In this document: one piece after another, positions 1 to 9,595 of the stretch
Numbering within the stretch: the stretch's first letter is position 1
Layout: each line of letters opens with the position of its first letter
Assembly (NCBI GenBank): GCA_003252295.1
Contig: QKEV01000007.1
Location: 80,139-144,138 of the forward strand
Length of the DNA stretch: 64,000 nucleotides
Reading direction: 5' to 3'
Source: a bacterium
Lineage (GTDB): Bacteria; Patescibacteriota; Minisyncoccia; Phycocordibacterales; UBA12088
Position numbers and translations under genes: made by a program
The notes under the pieces: generated by a model
Databases searched by the model: none
The model's input: only the letters and a program-made list of their open reading frames with translations
Told to the model about the DNA's origin: nothing

Positions 1-276
1 GTAGATACCTCGTCTGCGTAGTTCTGGTGTAAGTTCACTTTCAATTTCTAAACTGTTAGGTAAAACAAAAGAAGTTCGGTCATTGCTATTTGCAACAAGT
101 ATTGGACCGAGTACTGTTTGGTCAGTGCCCCATGTTGCACCTATCTCATCTTGCACCTCATTATGTCTACTCTCACGTTCAAAGGTAACACCCTGCACCA
201 CGAAGCTTGCAATGAGACATAGTGCGGCAATTGCACCAATAAGTAAAAGTTTTAGTGTAATGTTTTCCTTATGCAT
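1..276 (-). CDS. creD: Inner membrane CreD family protein, N-terminal part (runs off left edge)
   Basis: Manual translation MHKENITLKLLLIG...FERESRHNEVQDEIGATWGTDQTVLGPILV...LPNSLEIESELTPELRRRGIY matches the CreD pattern ER..EI...W...Q...GP..V and RGIY; absent from the ORF track because it is partial. Confidence 0.75.
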   Translation of the reverse strand, partial: MHKENITLKLLLIGAIAALCLIASFVVQGVTFERESRHNEVQDEIGATWGTDQTVLGPILVANSNDRTSFVLPNSLEIESELTPELRRRGIY

Positions 277-354
277 AGTTACGATTTGTAACACATATAC
301 TGTATAAAAAGTTACAGTATTTACAAGCAATAAAGTTAAAGTGCTTTGTTGCAA

Positions 355-1263
355 CTAATCGTGCACTGTTACTGTTGTACCAAGATTAGCCCATGAGTAG
401 ATCAGTCTTGCCGTATCAGGTGGCAGATTGACGCAACCATGTGAGTACGGTGACCCAAAACTTTCATGCCAGTAGGCACCGTGTATGACAGCACCTCCCT
501 CTGTAAAGTACAAGTTCCATGGTACACCAGGTAGGTCATAGTACTGCTTGTCAGAAAGGTATGGCAATGGCCCTTGCATGTACCTACTTGGTGTTTTTTT
601 GTATATCTTAAAGGTGCCTGCAGGTGTTGGTGTAAGCGCTAAGCCAGTGGAAATTTTAGCTGTCATAAATATGTTGTCACCTTCATATGCTGTGAGTTCC
701 TGTTTAGTGCGATCAACAATGATTCGTTTATTTGTTTCAGGTACTACTGTGCCGTCTAGTTCCTTATCACCTTCATCCAGGAGCACGTCGACATAGTCAG
801 CAATAACATACCAGTCACTCGTAATACGTTCTGGGTAACGCAACCATTCGTCAAAAATGATCTTGTACCAAGTTTGTCCGTCACGTTCAACCTTGCCACC
901 TACTTTTAAAACCATGCCGTTTCTGAGACGTGACACAACAGGAAAGTCAGTACCTGGACCACCGCGTACACGTAAACATTCACCTTCAAAGTGTGGACCA
1001 CAACCATCTTTCACCTCAACATATTCAAAGAGTACTTTTTCGACTGGTAGTGGTACTTCAACTTCTTTATCATCGATAGTTTCTTTTACATACACGACTT
1101 CTTCTACATGCAGGTATGGTTGCTCTGTTTGATTCTTTACTGTTCCAAAGATAGGAGGAAGTGTGCCACCGTGTTTTTCTGTGGTGATGAGTACATATAC
1201 AAAAACGAGCTGTATCAGTAAGACAAACAGCCCTAGTGTTTTGCCAACCTTGCTAACCTTCAT
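355..1263 (-). CDS. L,D-transpeptidase (YkuD) with N-terminal TM and SH3-like domain
   Basis: HGAYWH...SHGCVNL catalytic motif; LRVRGGPGT SH3b-like segment. Confidence 0.9.
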   Translation of the reverse strand: MKVSKVGKTLGLFVLLIQLVFVYVLITTEKHGGTLPPIFGTVKNQTEQPYLHVEEVVYVKETIDDKEVEVPLPVEKVLFEYVEVKDGCGPHFEGECLRVRGGPGTDFPVVSRLRNGMVLKVGGKVERDGQTWYKIIFDEWLRYPERITSDWYVIADYVDVLLDEGDKELDGTVVPETNKRIIVDRTKQELTAYEGDNIFMTAKISTGLALTPTPAGTFKIYKKTPSRYMQGPLPYLSDKQYYDLPGVPWNLYFTEGGAVIHGAYWHESFGSPYSHGCVNLPPDTARLIYSWANLGTTVTVHD

Positions 1264-1316
1264 CTAGTTAGTATATAAGCGGTTGTGTAGTTGAACCAAA
1301 CACTTTTTATGAAAAA

Positions 1317-1715
1317 CTATTTTTCTTTTTTACGTGCAGCACGACGCTCTTGTTCACGTGCTCGTACCTCTCTTTCATTGAGTCCAAAGTGGTGTCCTAT
1401 CTCATGCCATACTGTTTCTGCAACCTCTTCACGCACCCGCTCAGGTATGTTCTGTGCTGCATGGAGGATCGGTTTCTTAAAGATAGTTATCTTGTCAGGA
1501 AGCACCATGTAGTAGTGCACTCCGCGTCTTGTTTGTGGTACCCCTTCGTAGAGTCCAAGGAGTGTGTGGTGACTATCAAGTTTCATCTTTTCTCGTTGCG
1601 CTCTGCTTGGTTCATCTTCAATAATAAAGGCAACGTTTTGTATTTTGTCACGGAATGGTTCTGGAATTTCACCAATACCCTCCCAAACTAATTTTTCAAA
1701 TGCAGCATCGTCCAT
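1317..1715 (-). CDS. Zincin-like metallopeptidase (DUF1025/Zincin_1)
   Basis: LLGLYEGVP, PDKITIF, HEIGHHFG motifs. Confidence 0.85.
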   Translation of the reverse strand: MDDAAFEKLVWEGIGEIPEPFRDKIQNVAFIIEDEPSRAQREKMKLDSHHTLLGLYEGVPQTRRGVHYYMVLPDKITIFKKPILHAAQNIPERVREEVAETVWHEIGHHFGLNEREVRAREQERRAARKKEK

Positions 1716-1738
1716 ATCCTTAATTGTATACTTTTTTG

Positions 1739-3403
1739 CTACAGTGTCTTCACCATGTAGGTATGGTCGAGTTTGTACCCAAGTTTGTTCTTATAGTACT
1801 CACGTACCCCAACACCTGAGATAACTGCTAGTTTTTTACAACCGGATTCACGTGCAATACGTTCTGCTTCCTGCATGAGTCGCATACCTAAACCACGATG
1901 CTGACCCTGGTCACCCTTATTCTTGATTTTCATGAGCTGTCCGTAGGTATGCAGTTCCCGTACAATAGCAGCGTCACGTAAGACTTCTAAGTTACCTGTG
2001 AATGTAGTGGTAGCATCTTTGTCAGGTAAACGTAGTCTACAGAATGCTGCACACTTGTTTTCAGATGTGTGTTCAAAGCTAAGAAAAATCTCTTTTCCAG
2101 TAACGGTGTTGTACTCAATAGTTTGCAGTTCGTAATCATCCAGTTGTACTTGGTTGTTGCGGATCTCACGACAGCGTATACACTCACATTGCCAGTTGTG
2201 CTTTTTCTGATCTTCGAGTATCACTTGTCGAAGGTTAGAAACCTTGCTTCCTGCAATGATGTAACTTGCCGGAATATCACGTATGACTCGCAGGATACGA
2301 ACGTACCTTGGTACCTGTTTTTTCGCCTCACGAAGTACATGTATCAATTCATCGTCAGTGTATGGTTTGAACTCACCTCGCTCCCACATGGTGTAGAGCA
2401 CGCTTCCTTTCAGTACGACACAAGGATACATTTTGAGCATATCCGGATGGTACTTGTTGCCATTAAAAAGATCACCAAACATTTGTATATCCATCTCGGG
2501 TGTGCTGCCGGGTAAATTTGGCATCATGTGGTACACCACCTTGAAACCAGCGTTTCTCATGAGCTCAGTTGCATCAGAAATTTCTTTTGCCGTCATGTCA
2601 CGTTGATTGAATGACAAAACACTATCCTGTAAGTGCTGTACACCAATTTCTATCTTCGTGACACCGAGCCATCGAAGTCTATTCAACTCCTCTTCGTTTA
2701 TATGATCAGGTCGCGTTTCAATAGAGAGACCTATGATTCGAGCACCAGCAGTCTCATTCTCCTGTTGCAGCTCTTCAAGTGATAGTTCAGTGCCAGTCTC
2801 ATACTCATCATCACCCTTAGTAAAGTTGTTGGCAGCACGAAATATTTCAGAGATAAACTCTTCCTGGTAGTCCTTCTCGTATGCACTCCACGTTCCACCT
2901 ATGACAATAACTTCAAGCTTATCTATAGGGTGTCCATTTGCCACGAGTGCTCGCATTCTGTTTTGTACCTGTGCATAGGGATCAAAGTTGTTGGCAAGTG
3001 CTCGTGCAGCAGCAGGTTCTTTCGATAGGTAGCTTTTCGGCATTTCCTTCTCAAAGGGGCAGTAGATACATCTTCCGGGACATTGGTACGGTTTTGTTAA
3101 GAGCGAAACAACAGCAACACCGGAATTACTGCGCACTTTTATTTTCCGTAAAATTTGCTCAACTTCTTTTGATGGCTTTTGCTCACCCTTTTTTACCAAG
3201 TCTTTGTAGTAGGCAACCATCTCAGAGTTTGATGGCATCCTCCTCTCATCGTTTGGATTGCTAGCATGTTTCAAGTCAGGTCCATACGTTGTTGCGGTCT
3301 TTTTTCGAATATCCATAAAGTGTGCGTGCAAATTCTTATCACGCATTATGTTGCACTTAAGCAGTTCTAGGTCTTTTTCTGTTTTTATGTCGTCGAAAAG
3401 CAT
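1739..3403 (-). CDS. elp3: Elp3-type radical SAM/GNAT tRNA uridine(34) acetyltransferase
   Basis: CPGRCIYCP, GGTW, ETRPD, CECIRCRE, VRELHTYG, QHRGLG, VISGVGVREYY; start moved to MLFDD at 3403. Confidence 0.93.
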   Translation of the reverse strand: MLFDDIKTEKDLELLKCNIMRDKNLHAHFMDIRKKTATTYGPDLKHASNPNDERRMPSNSEMVAYYKDLVKKGEQKPSKEVEQILRKIKVRSNSGVAVVSLLTKPYQCPGRCIYCPFEKEMPKSYLSKEPAAARALANNFDPYAQVQNRMRALVANGHPIDKLEVIVIGGTWSAYEKDYQEEFISEIFRAANNFTKGDDEYETGTELSLEELQQENETAGARIIGLSIETRPDHINEEELNRLRWLGVTKIEIGVQHLQDSVLSFNQRDMTAKEISDATELMRNAGFKVVYHMMPNLPGSTPEMDIQMFGDLFNGNKYHPDMLKMYPCVVLKGSVLYTMWERGEFKPYTDDELIHVLREAKKQVPRYVRILRVIRDIPASYIIAGSKVSNLRQVILEDQKKHNWQCECIRCREIRNNQVQLDDYELQTIEYNTVTGKEIFLSFEHTSENKCAAFCRLRLPDKDATTTFTGNLEVLRDAAIVRELHTYGQLMKIKNKGDQGQHRGLGMRLMQEAERIARESGCKKLAVISGVGVREYYKNKLGYKLDHTYMVKTL

Positions 3404-3442
3404 CGCTGTATCTTTAATGGAATTCAATGATAGTATGTTTGA

Positions 3443-4135
3443 GTGAAAAAGGAAACAGCGCAAGCGCTTCTGAAACTTTCAAGAGACGAGTACGACACAT
3501 ATGCATCTGAGTTTTCTGGTACGAGAAAGTTTTTTTGGCGTGAGCTTGAGTTTCTAAAAGAGTATGTGACACCAGGTTCTAAGATACTTGATATTGGCTG
3601 CGGTAACGGTCGCCTCCTTGATCTCTTTGAGGGTCTAGATATTGAGTACACAGGTATAGACTCTTCAAAAGAGCTTATCGCAATAGCACAAAAAGAAAGA
3701 GGATCACGAGGTGCTTTTATTCATGCTGACGCACTCTCGCTTCCCTTTGAGGATGGTACTTTTGATGTTGTGTTTTCGGTAGCTATGCTACATCATGTGC
3801 CTGATCATAAAAATAGGATGCAGTGTGTTTCTGAGGCGCAGCGTGTTTTGAAGCATGGAGGTACTTGTGTGTTTACTGTCTGGAACACCTTACAGTGGCG
3901 GTTTTTTAAGCAACATCTAGTACAAACAGGTAGAAAACTTTGTGGTCTCTCAGACTTAGATCTTGGTGACATGATCATCACCTTTGGAAAAAAGAAGAGA
4001 AAGCGCTTCGTGCATTCTTTATCAAAGAGAGCACTTCAATCACTCTTTGAGAAAAATAGTTTTTTGGATACTATGGTGAGAGAGGTAAAACGTAAAAGTG
4101 GTTTTGCAAACTTTATAGTAACTGCAAAAAAATAA
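3443..4135 (+). CDS. Class I SAM methyltransferase, Trm9/ALKBH8-like
   Basis: LDIGCGNG motif I; N-terminal YDTYASEFSGTRKFFW resembles the Trm9 Y..IA..FS.TR...W signature; SVAMLHH; GTG start. Confidence 0.8.
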   Translation: MKKETAQALLKLSRDEYDTYASEFSGTRKFFWRELEFLKEYVTPGSKILDIGCGNGRLLDLFEGLDIEYTGIDSSKELIAIAQKERGSRGAFIHADALSLPFEDGTFDVVFSVAMLHHVPDHKNRMQCVSEAQRVLKHGGTCVFTVWNTLQWRFFKQHLVQTGRKLCGLSDLDLGDMIITFGKKKRKRFVHSLSKRALQSLFEKNSFLDTMVREVKRKSGFANFIVTAKK

Positions 4136-4140
4136 ACATA

Positions 4141-4545
4141 TTGCTTATGGATACAAAAATAATTATTGCTTCAGGTCCGGTGATTGTCGAAGATGGTAAG
4201 GTTCTTCTTGACGAGCACGGTGATACTGATTACTGGAAATTTTGTGGTGGTGAGGTGCAGGACTTTACTCATGACCTCATCGAAAATGCTAAAAACAGAG
4301 CGAAAGAAGAGATTGGTGTTGATGTTGAGATACTTGATGAGACGCCGTTTATTTTTCATACAACAAAGGTAAAAGAGTATGGTAGAGTTGACTACCTTGT
4401 AGTGCATTTTTTGGCAAAGCGAATTGGAGAGGTGGTACCCGGAAGTGACATACGAGAATGGGCATGGATACCCCTTAATGAGCTTCGTGCACACAAACTT
4501 GCTCCAAGTATTATGCCAGCACTCAAACACTTCAAGTTTCAGTAA
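4141..4545 (+). CDS. Nudix-fold hydrolase (degenerate Nudix box)
   Basis: WKFCGGEV...NRAKEEIGV. Confidence 0.75.
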   Translation: MLMDTKIIIASGPVIVEDGKVLLDEHGDTDYWKFCGGEVQDFTHDLIENAKNRAKEEIGVDVEILDETPFIFHTTKVKEYGRVDYLVVHFLAKRIGEVVPGSDIREWAWIPLNELRAHKLAPSIMPALKHFKFQ

Positions 4546-4552
4546 AAAAACA

Positions 4553-4578
4553 AAACGGAGGTGAATTCACCCCCGTTT
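4553..4578. terminator. Bidirectional intrinsic terminator-like hairpin
   Basis: AAACGGaGGTGAATTCACCcCCGTTT between convergent genes. Confidence 0.6.
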
Positions 4579-4601
4579 CAAACTGTATAGCGCCATAATC
4601 A

Positions 4602-5135
4602 TTACACGGTCGCCATATTTGTACTTATTTTTTTTGCCCACATGAGGGCTCTTCCCTTCACACCATATCTTCTTCCTGGTATGTGCCGTGAAGACCTTGA
4701 GAAACTACAAGGTTTAGCCACGGTACGCCTGATGATTTGTTCATTTTCAGCGTCATCAGATGGACTGAAAATCTCTAAATCATCCGAATCATCTGACATC
4801 AACCAGAAATCGTCAACAATTGGATTTCCTTCAATGTCAGCAATCCCACCTTTAACTTTGCCAATCGAAGATGGGATGCGTGTCTCTCCATCAGGACATC
4901 CTTGAGGTGTGAATCCTTCCTCCCCCCAAATGTGTGGTTTGGTGGTCGAAAGTGCTGTGTGGTTTGTGTGGATACCTTGAACGAATCCAGGCGATTCACA
5001 CCGTGACTCTTCGACTCCAAGACCACGCTGCAAACGCAGTTCAAGTGAAAACGGAACAAAATATTTTTGTCCGCCGATGTTCCTGATGTCTCGTCCGTCT
5101 TTAAATCGATCTTCCAACTCTTGAATTCTTCCCAT
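4602..5135 (-). CDS. Hypothetical protein (orphan)
   Basis: 177-aa ORF with purine-rich SD (AAAGGGGG) and upstream TTGACT-16-TATAAT promoter at 5181-5208. Confidence 0.6.
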   Translation of the reverse strand: MGRIQELEDRFKDGRDIRNIGGQKYFVPFSLELRLQRGLGVEESRCESPGFVQGIHTNHTALSTTKPHIWGEEGFTPQGCPDGETRIPSSIGKVKGGIADIEGNPIVDDFWLMSDDSDDLEIFSPSDDAENEQIIRRTVAKPCSFSRSSRHIPGRRYGVKGRALMWAKKISTNMATV

Positions 5136-5295
5136 GACTACCCCCTTTTTCTTAAGTTTTGTTAAATACCTACTCTTTATATTATAACATAGTATATATA
5201 TAAGTCAAGTTACGTGTTGCAAAAATAGCCATTATTTACCATGTATTTTTCACATATATCTTTGCAACAAGTCACAACAAGTCTACAATGTAATC

Positions 5296-5964
5296 ATGAG
5301 GAACATAAACACTATTCCCTATATTCGTTACATTTACTTTGCCGCACTTACAGTCCTCCTCCTCTTGGTACTTTTTACACCAACACTCATCCATGATGGC
5401 TTTTCCGTTGTTACTGAGGAGATGCTTGAAGGTATTTGTCTCCTCATTATTACCATTGCAGGTTTTATTATTTACTCTTCCCTTGAACGACATCTTCGTG
5501 AGACGCGAAGCAAGTATGATGATTTGGCGCGTCATGTTGGTGCACTCAACCTACAGACTGTGCAGGTAGAAGCGCTCTTTGATGAGATAACAAAACTCCC
5601 TGAGAACAAACGTGACATTAAAAAAATACTCAAATCGATAGCACTCAATGTACTTTCTGTTATCACCGAGGAATGGGTGCTCGTACGTATCATTGATAAG
5701 GCAAGTGGAAGGACACTCACTGAACATATAGAGGTAAAAGATGGTAGTGATACACAGGCAAATGTGATTCCGACCATAAGCAATAAAGCTATTCTGACCG
5801 ACGAGCGTGCAAAGGAGTACTCGGTCTACACATCACGACCTGAAAATACGCGCGTGATTGCTTGTTGTGTCTTCCCTACTCATTCACTCAACAAACACCA
5901 AGAAGTGGTTATCAAAGCGGCTGTAAATAGCCTAGCGATCATTTACCTCGTGTTTGAAAAGTAA
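5296..5964 (+). CDS. Hypothetical membrane protein (2 TM + soluble domain)
   Basis: Two hydrophobic helices then coiled-coil and a possible GAF-like region; TACAAT 6 nt before ATG. Confidence 0.7.
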   Translation: MRNINTIPYIRYIYFAALTVLLLLVLFTPTLIHDGFSVVTEEMLEGICLLIITIAGFIIYSSLERHLRETRSKYDDLARHVGALNLQTVQVEALFDEITKLPENKRDIKKILKSIALNVLSVITEEWVLVRIIDKASGRTLTEHIEVKDGSDTQANVIPTISNKAILTDERAKEYSVYTSRPENTRVIACCVFPTHSLNKHQEVVIKAAVNSLAIIYLVFEK

Positions 5965-6024
5965 CACCACTACTACAAAAACACACCTTAGAAAACCAAA
6001 GTGTGTTTTTGTGAAATGTGCTGT

Positions 6025-6291
6025 TTAACTAGCTCTTGATTGACGACTTTGTGTCTGTGCACTTACTGTACTTGATTGTGTCGTATCTTCGTCAGTAGAG
6101 ACAGTACTTGTGTCTTCATCATCAGTAGCCAAGAAAGCACTTGTGTCAGATGTTGTAACCTCTGTTACATATGTTGCCTCGCTACTTTGAGTTGTATCTA
6201 CAGCTTGTTTATTGTACATAAACACTCCGCCTAAAGCAGCCGTAATCACCAAAAGTATTGCAATTAGCGTACTTTTTTCGTTATTTTTCAT
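6025..6291 (-). CDS. Small membrane-anchored Thr/Ser/Asp-rich protein ending in SRAS
   Basis: MKNNEKS start, one TM, low-complexity linker; divergent from apbE. Confidence 0.7.
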   Translation of the reverse strand: MKNNEKSTLIAILLVITAALGGVFMYNKQAVDTTQSSEATYVTEVTTSDTSAFLATDDEDTSTVSTDEDTTQSSTVSAQTQSRQSRAS

Positions 6292-6461
6292 AAACTTTTT
6301 ATGTTTATAAGCCAATAATTGCGAAATGTAGGTAGGTGAAAAGTGTTTTGAAATTTCTACAACACGAATTGCGTAATAGATTCTGTTAACGGTGAATGAC
6401 CTACTTACATCTGCGCCACCGTTAGTACGCATGTAAGAACAATTTTCTTTTACTTAAAAAC

Positions 6462-7358
6462 ATGAAAGAGTATTCATACAACGAACGACATATGGGAACA
6501 GAAGTATCTGTTTCTTTGGTATGTACGGATGAGCAAATGGCACAAAACATAGCATCAAGTATGTTTCAAATGATACATAATTATGAACTACGTTTCTCAC
6601 GCTTTTTGGAAGAGAGTGAACTTTCGTTACTCAACAAGCAAGGAACTGCTGTGGTGAGTGATGAGTTTATGCAAGTGCTTACTCGTAGCTTGGAGCTCAA
6701 TAAGTTCACGAAGAACGTCTTTAACCCACTCGTGCAGGTATCACGTCTCGGGTATACAACCACGTTTACAAAGATAAAGGGTACACTTAGAGAACAGGAT
6801 ACTGATGTGTACAGTACAGCCACTGGCAGAGTGCAAATAGATAAAGATGTAAACCGTATCAGAATCGGTAAAGATCAACAGCTTGATTTTGGTGGCATGC
6901 TCAAGGGATACCTCTCTACCAAACTTGCAGATGTTGTCATGGAAACATATGGAGAGAAATGTGCAGGTCTCGTGATCAACCTAGGTGGTGACCTCACTAC
7001 ACGAGGTTACGACGAGTTTCAGCGGGCGTTCATCTTTCAACTGTACAATCCTGTGAGTGACAAAGAAACTTCTGTCACACTCACCAACACTGCTCTTGCA
7101 ACAAGTGGTACATACGCTCGTACGTGGCAAACAAAAGAAGGAAGTGTAAACCACATTGTCGATGCACGTGTGCAGAGAAACCCAGTATCAGGAGTAGTGT
7201 CGGCAAGTATCATCCACACAGATGGTGCGGTATGCGAAGCAGTTGCAAAGCTGTTTCTCATACAAGGTGTTGAAAAGGCACAGGAAATAGCACCTAGTTC
7301 TAATTATCAGTTTTTTGCAGTTTTGCAGAATGGAAAAGAAGTAACAAACATTACATGA
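6462..7358 (+). CDS. apbE: FAD:protein FMN transferase (ApbE family), no signal peptide
   Basis: MGT, FSRF, DFGGMLKGY, INLGGD, ATSG, HIVD motifs. Confidence 0.9.
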   Translation: MKEYSYNERHMGTEVSVSLVCTDEQMAQNIASSMFQMIHNYELRFSRFLEESELSLLNKQGTAVVSDEFMQVLTRSLELNKFTKNVFNPLVQVSRLGYTTTFTKIKGTLREQDTDVYSTATGRVQIDKDVNRIRIGKDQQLDFGGMLKGYLSTKLADVVMETYGEKCAGLVINLGGDLTTRGYDEFQRAFIFQLYNPVSDKETSVTLTNTALATSGTYARTWQTKEGSVNHIVDARVQRNPVSGVVSASIIHTDGAVCEAVAKLFLIQGVEKAQEIAPSSNYQFFAVLQNGKEVTNIT

Positions 7359-7966
7359 AAACGTACATAACATGGATCACACGAGTACAAACAGCACTTC
7401 TTGTGGTTTCGATCGTACTACTCGCAACTCTTCCTACCACACTTGCGCTCAAACCAGCTATCTTTACCGATGCTGTGTATTTTTGGTTGTATCTCATTGT
7501 GCATGTTGCTTTGTTTTTGGTAATGATGGTGCGTCCACTTGCTGATATTTTTACAAAGGTAAAATGGATCAGACCACTCGTCATACTACGAAAAGGTATG
7601 GGTGTACTCTCTGCGTCGATTATTGTTTCGTTCATTATTGCAAAACTCATCACCAACGCAGGTGGATACCTGTCAGGTTTTCTCACTTCCGCGTACTGGT
7701 CACTTAACAACTTTGCACTCTTTGTTCACGTTGCAGATATTGCAGCCGTACTGTTGCTTGTTACGTCAAACAACTTTTCAAAGCGTTTGCTTGGTAAAAA
7801 TTGGAAACGCGTTCAGCGATTGTCGTATGTGTACTTCTATGCGAGTGCTGTGTATGTTTTCTGTATTCTCAATGAAGCATATATGGCGTACTTCATCATT
7901 GCCGTAACCCTTGTTACTGTACTTGTTTGGTTTAAGAATCACGGTGTTATTGCAGTGAAGAACTAA
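7355..7966 (+). CDS. Ferric-reductase-like/MsrQ-like transmembrane protein
   Basis: RP..., LRKGMG, LLVTSN, LGKNWKRVQRLSY pattern; ATGA overlap with apbE. Confidence 0.75.
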   Translation: MKTYITWITRVQTALLVVSIVLLATLPTTLALKPAIFTDAVYFWLYLIVHVALFLVMMVRPLADIFTKVKWIRPLVILRKGMGVLSASIIVSFIIAKLITNAGGYLSGFLTSAYWSLNNFALFVHVADIAAVLLLVTSNNFSKRLLGKNWKRVQRLSYVYFYASAVYVFCILNEAYMAYFIIAVTLVTVLVWFKNHGVIAVKN

Positions 7967-8038
7967 CATTCTGCTGGAAGAAATGCATGACCATGTGCGT
8001 ACTAATCATTACAAGCAATTATCAATTAAATTACTCGT

Positions 8039-8416
8039 ATGAAAAAAACATTTACACTACTTGCTTCTGCTCTTGTACTTGTTTTAAGTGGTGCCTACTT
8101 TGTGCACGCACAAACAAGCATGATGGACGGATACGGGTGGGAGCCAAACATTACTAGGTATAACGATCATTACGGTATGATGAACTATGGACTCGGAGGT
8201 TACGGCCTCTTTGGTGGTGGTATAGTCGCCCTCATCTTCTGGCTATTGCTTATTGGTAGTATTGTTGCGCTTGTTCGCTACTTCTCACACGACAGTAAGA
8301 TGCACAGCACACCATCAAGGTCAGACAATGCGATGAATATCTTGAAAGAACGGTACGCTAAGGGTGAAATAGGTAAGGAGGAGTTTGACGCAAAGAAAGA
8401 GGATCTAGAAAACTAA
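8039..8416 (+). CDS. SHOCT domain membrane protein
   Basis: Signal peptide, YGMM repeats, TM, C-terminal ILKERYAKGEIGKEEF. Confidence 0.85.
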   Translation: MKKTFTLLASALVLVLSGAYFVHAQTSMMDGYGWEPNITRYNDHYGMMNYGLGGYGLFGGGIVALIFWLLLIGSIVALVRYFSHDSKMHSTPSRSDNAMNILKERYAKGEIGKEEFDAKKEDLEN

Positions 8417-8490
8417 GGTTGATGTAGTGAGATAAAAAAACAGCACACCAGACATAACAAGGTGTGCTGTTTAAGCAAATCAAATAATTA

Positions 8491-8613
8491 TTAAAAGTGA
8501 AACAAGTTTCTAATTGTTGACCCAAGTTTGGTGCACCATATACTCAAGTGCCCACGTACACCAAGCTTGGGTGTGAGCCAGGGAAATTCGCTAACCTCGT
8601 TCTGTGCTTTCAT
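8491..8613 (-). CDS. Putative 40-aa small protein
   Basis: MKAQNEVSEFPWLTPKLGVRGHLSIWCTKLGSTIRNLFHF; AAAGGA SD; shares hairpin at ~8437-8472. Confidence 0.35.
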   Translation of the reverse strand: MKAQNEVSEFPWLTPKLGVRGHLSIWCTKLGSTIRNLFHF

Positions 8614-8748
8614 GTATGTTTCCTTTAGGTAAAGTTGTCTGGTTTACTACTGTCCGTGAAGTATGATACTGCTTCTTTATAACGTGTCAAACAAATCAAT
8701 TGTTAATAATTTTTAACTTTTTAGGTATTTCAAGTAGAATATAGATAT

Positions 8749-9180
8749 ATGGAAACCATTAAAAATAAAAAGATTATTATCGCTGTGTTGGTAGTAGGTG
8801 TAGTCGTGTTGTACTACGTTTTGTCATCAAGTGGTAATGGTGGCAACGCTAACAAAGTTGTGCTTGATGAAAAGTTTGCAAGTAGAGTGGAAGCAAGTGA
8901 TACCACGTTTAATTGCTCTGACATCACTTCGATTCAAATCGCTGGTGACAGAGATGTGAAGAAGATTACCGTTAATGTCGACGATGATTCTGTGCGATCA
9001 CAGTTGTTTGCTGAACTTGATAAGGAGAGTGGTACCTTTACCTGGTATCCAGAGATCACTCCAGAGCAACCTGAGAACCAGGAAAAAGCTGACCAGAACA
9101 AAGATGAACTTAAGAACTGCAAAAATGCAGATGGAAAAACATTTTTTGAACTCTACAAAGAGGCAGTACCTGAAAACTAA
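8749..9180 (+). CDS. Hypothetical exported protein
   Basis: N-terminal TM anchor, two Cys. Confidence 0.7.
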   Translation: METIKNKKIIIAVLVVGVVVLYYVLSSSGNGGNANKVVLDEKFASRVEASDTTFNCSDITSIQIAGDRDVKKITVNVDDDSVRSQLFAELDKESGTFTWYPEITPEQPENQEKADQNKDELKNCKNADGKTFFELYKEAVPEN

Positions 9181-9202
9181 TTAAGTGAGGAACTGTTTAA
9201 AC

Positions 9203-9595
9203 CTAGCTACTCTTGTAGTAGCTAGGTTTTTTGGGTTCTTCAAGTGTGTTGTAATCAATCAATATCTCTTCACCCTCTGCAATATCTCTTTTTGCGTACC
9301 AGTTATAGTCTTTATGTTCAGCATTAGCATTTTGTGAGTGGTTTAAGTACCATCCAACTGGCATGTTTCCAAAATCTTCAGGACATACAAGTGTGTCACT
9401 TCTATCCATACAGTACTCGTCAAATGGTTTTGGTACATCGTTTGTGCTAAGTATTCGTATGCGGTTTTCAAGTAGTTTTTCATCTCCAAATAACCTCAAA
9501 AAAGTTCCTTTTACTATTCCATGAGTAGCAAAAACACCCACACCATACTCTGATGGTTTTAAGATAAATGAAAATTCATTAGTGCTATTTTTCAT
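9203..9595 (-). CDS. SET domain protein (lysine methyltransferase fold)
   Basis: GVGVFAT, YLNHS, AKRDIAEGEEILIDY. Confidence 0.9.
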   Translation of the reverse strand: MKNSTNEFSFILKPSEYGVGVFATHGIVKGTFLRLFGDEKLLENRIRILSTNDVPKPFDEYCMDRSDTLVCPEDFGNMPVGWYLNHSQNANAEHKDYNWYAKRDIAEGEEILIDYNTLEEPKKPSYYKSS

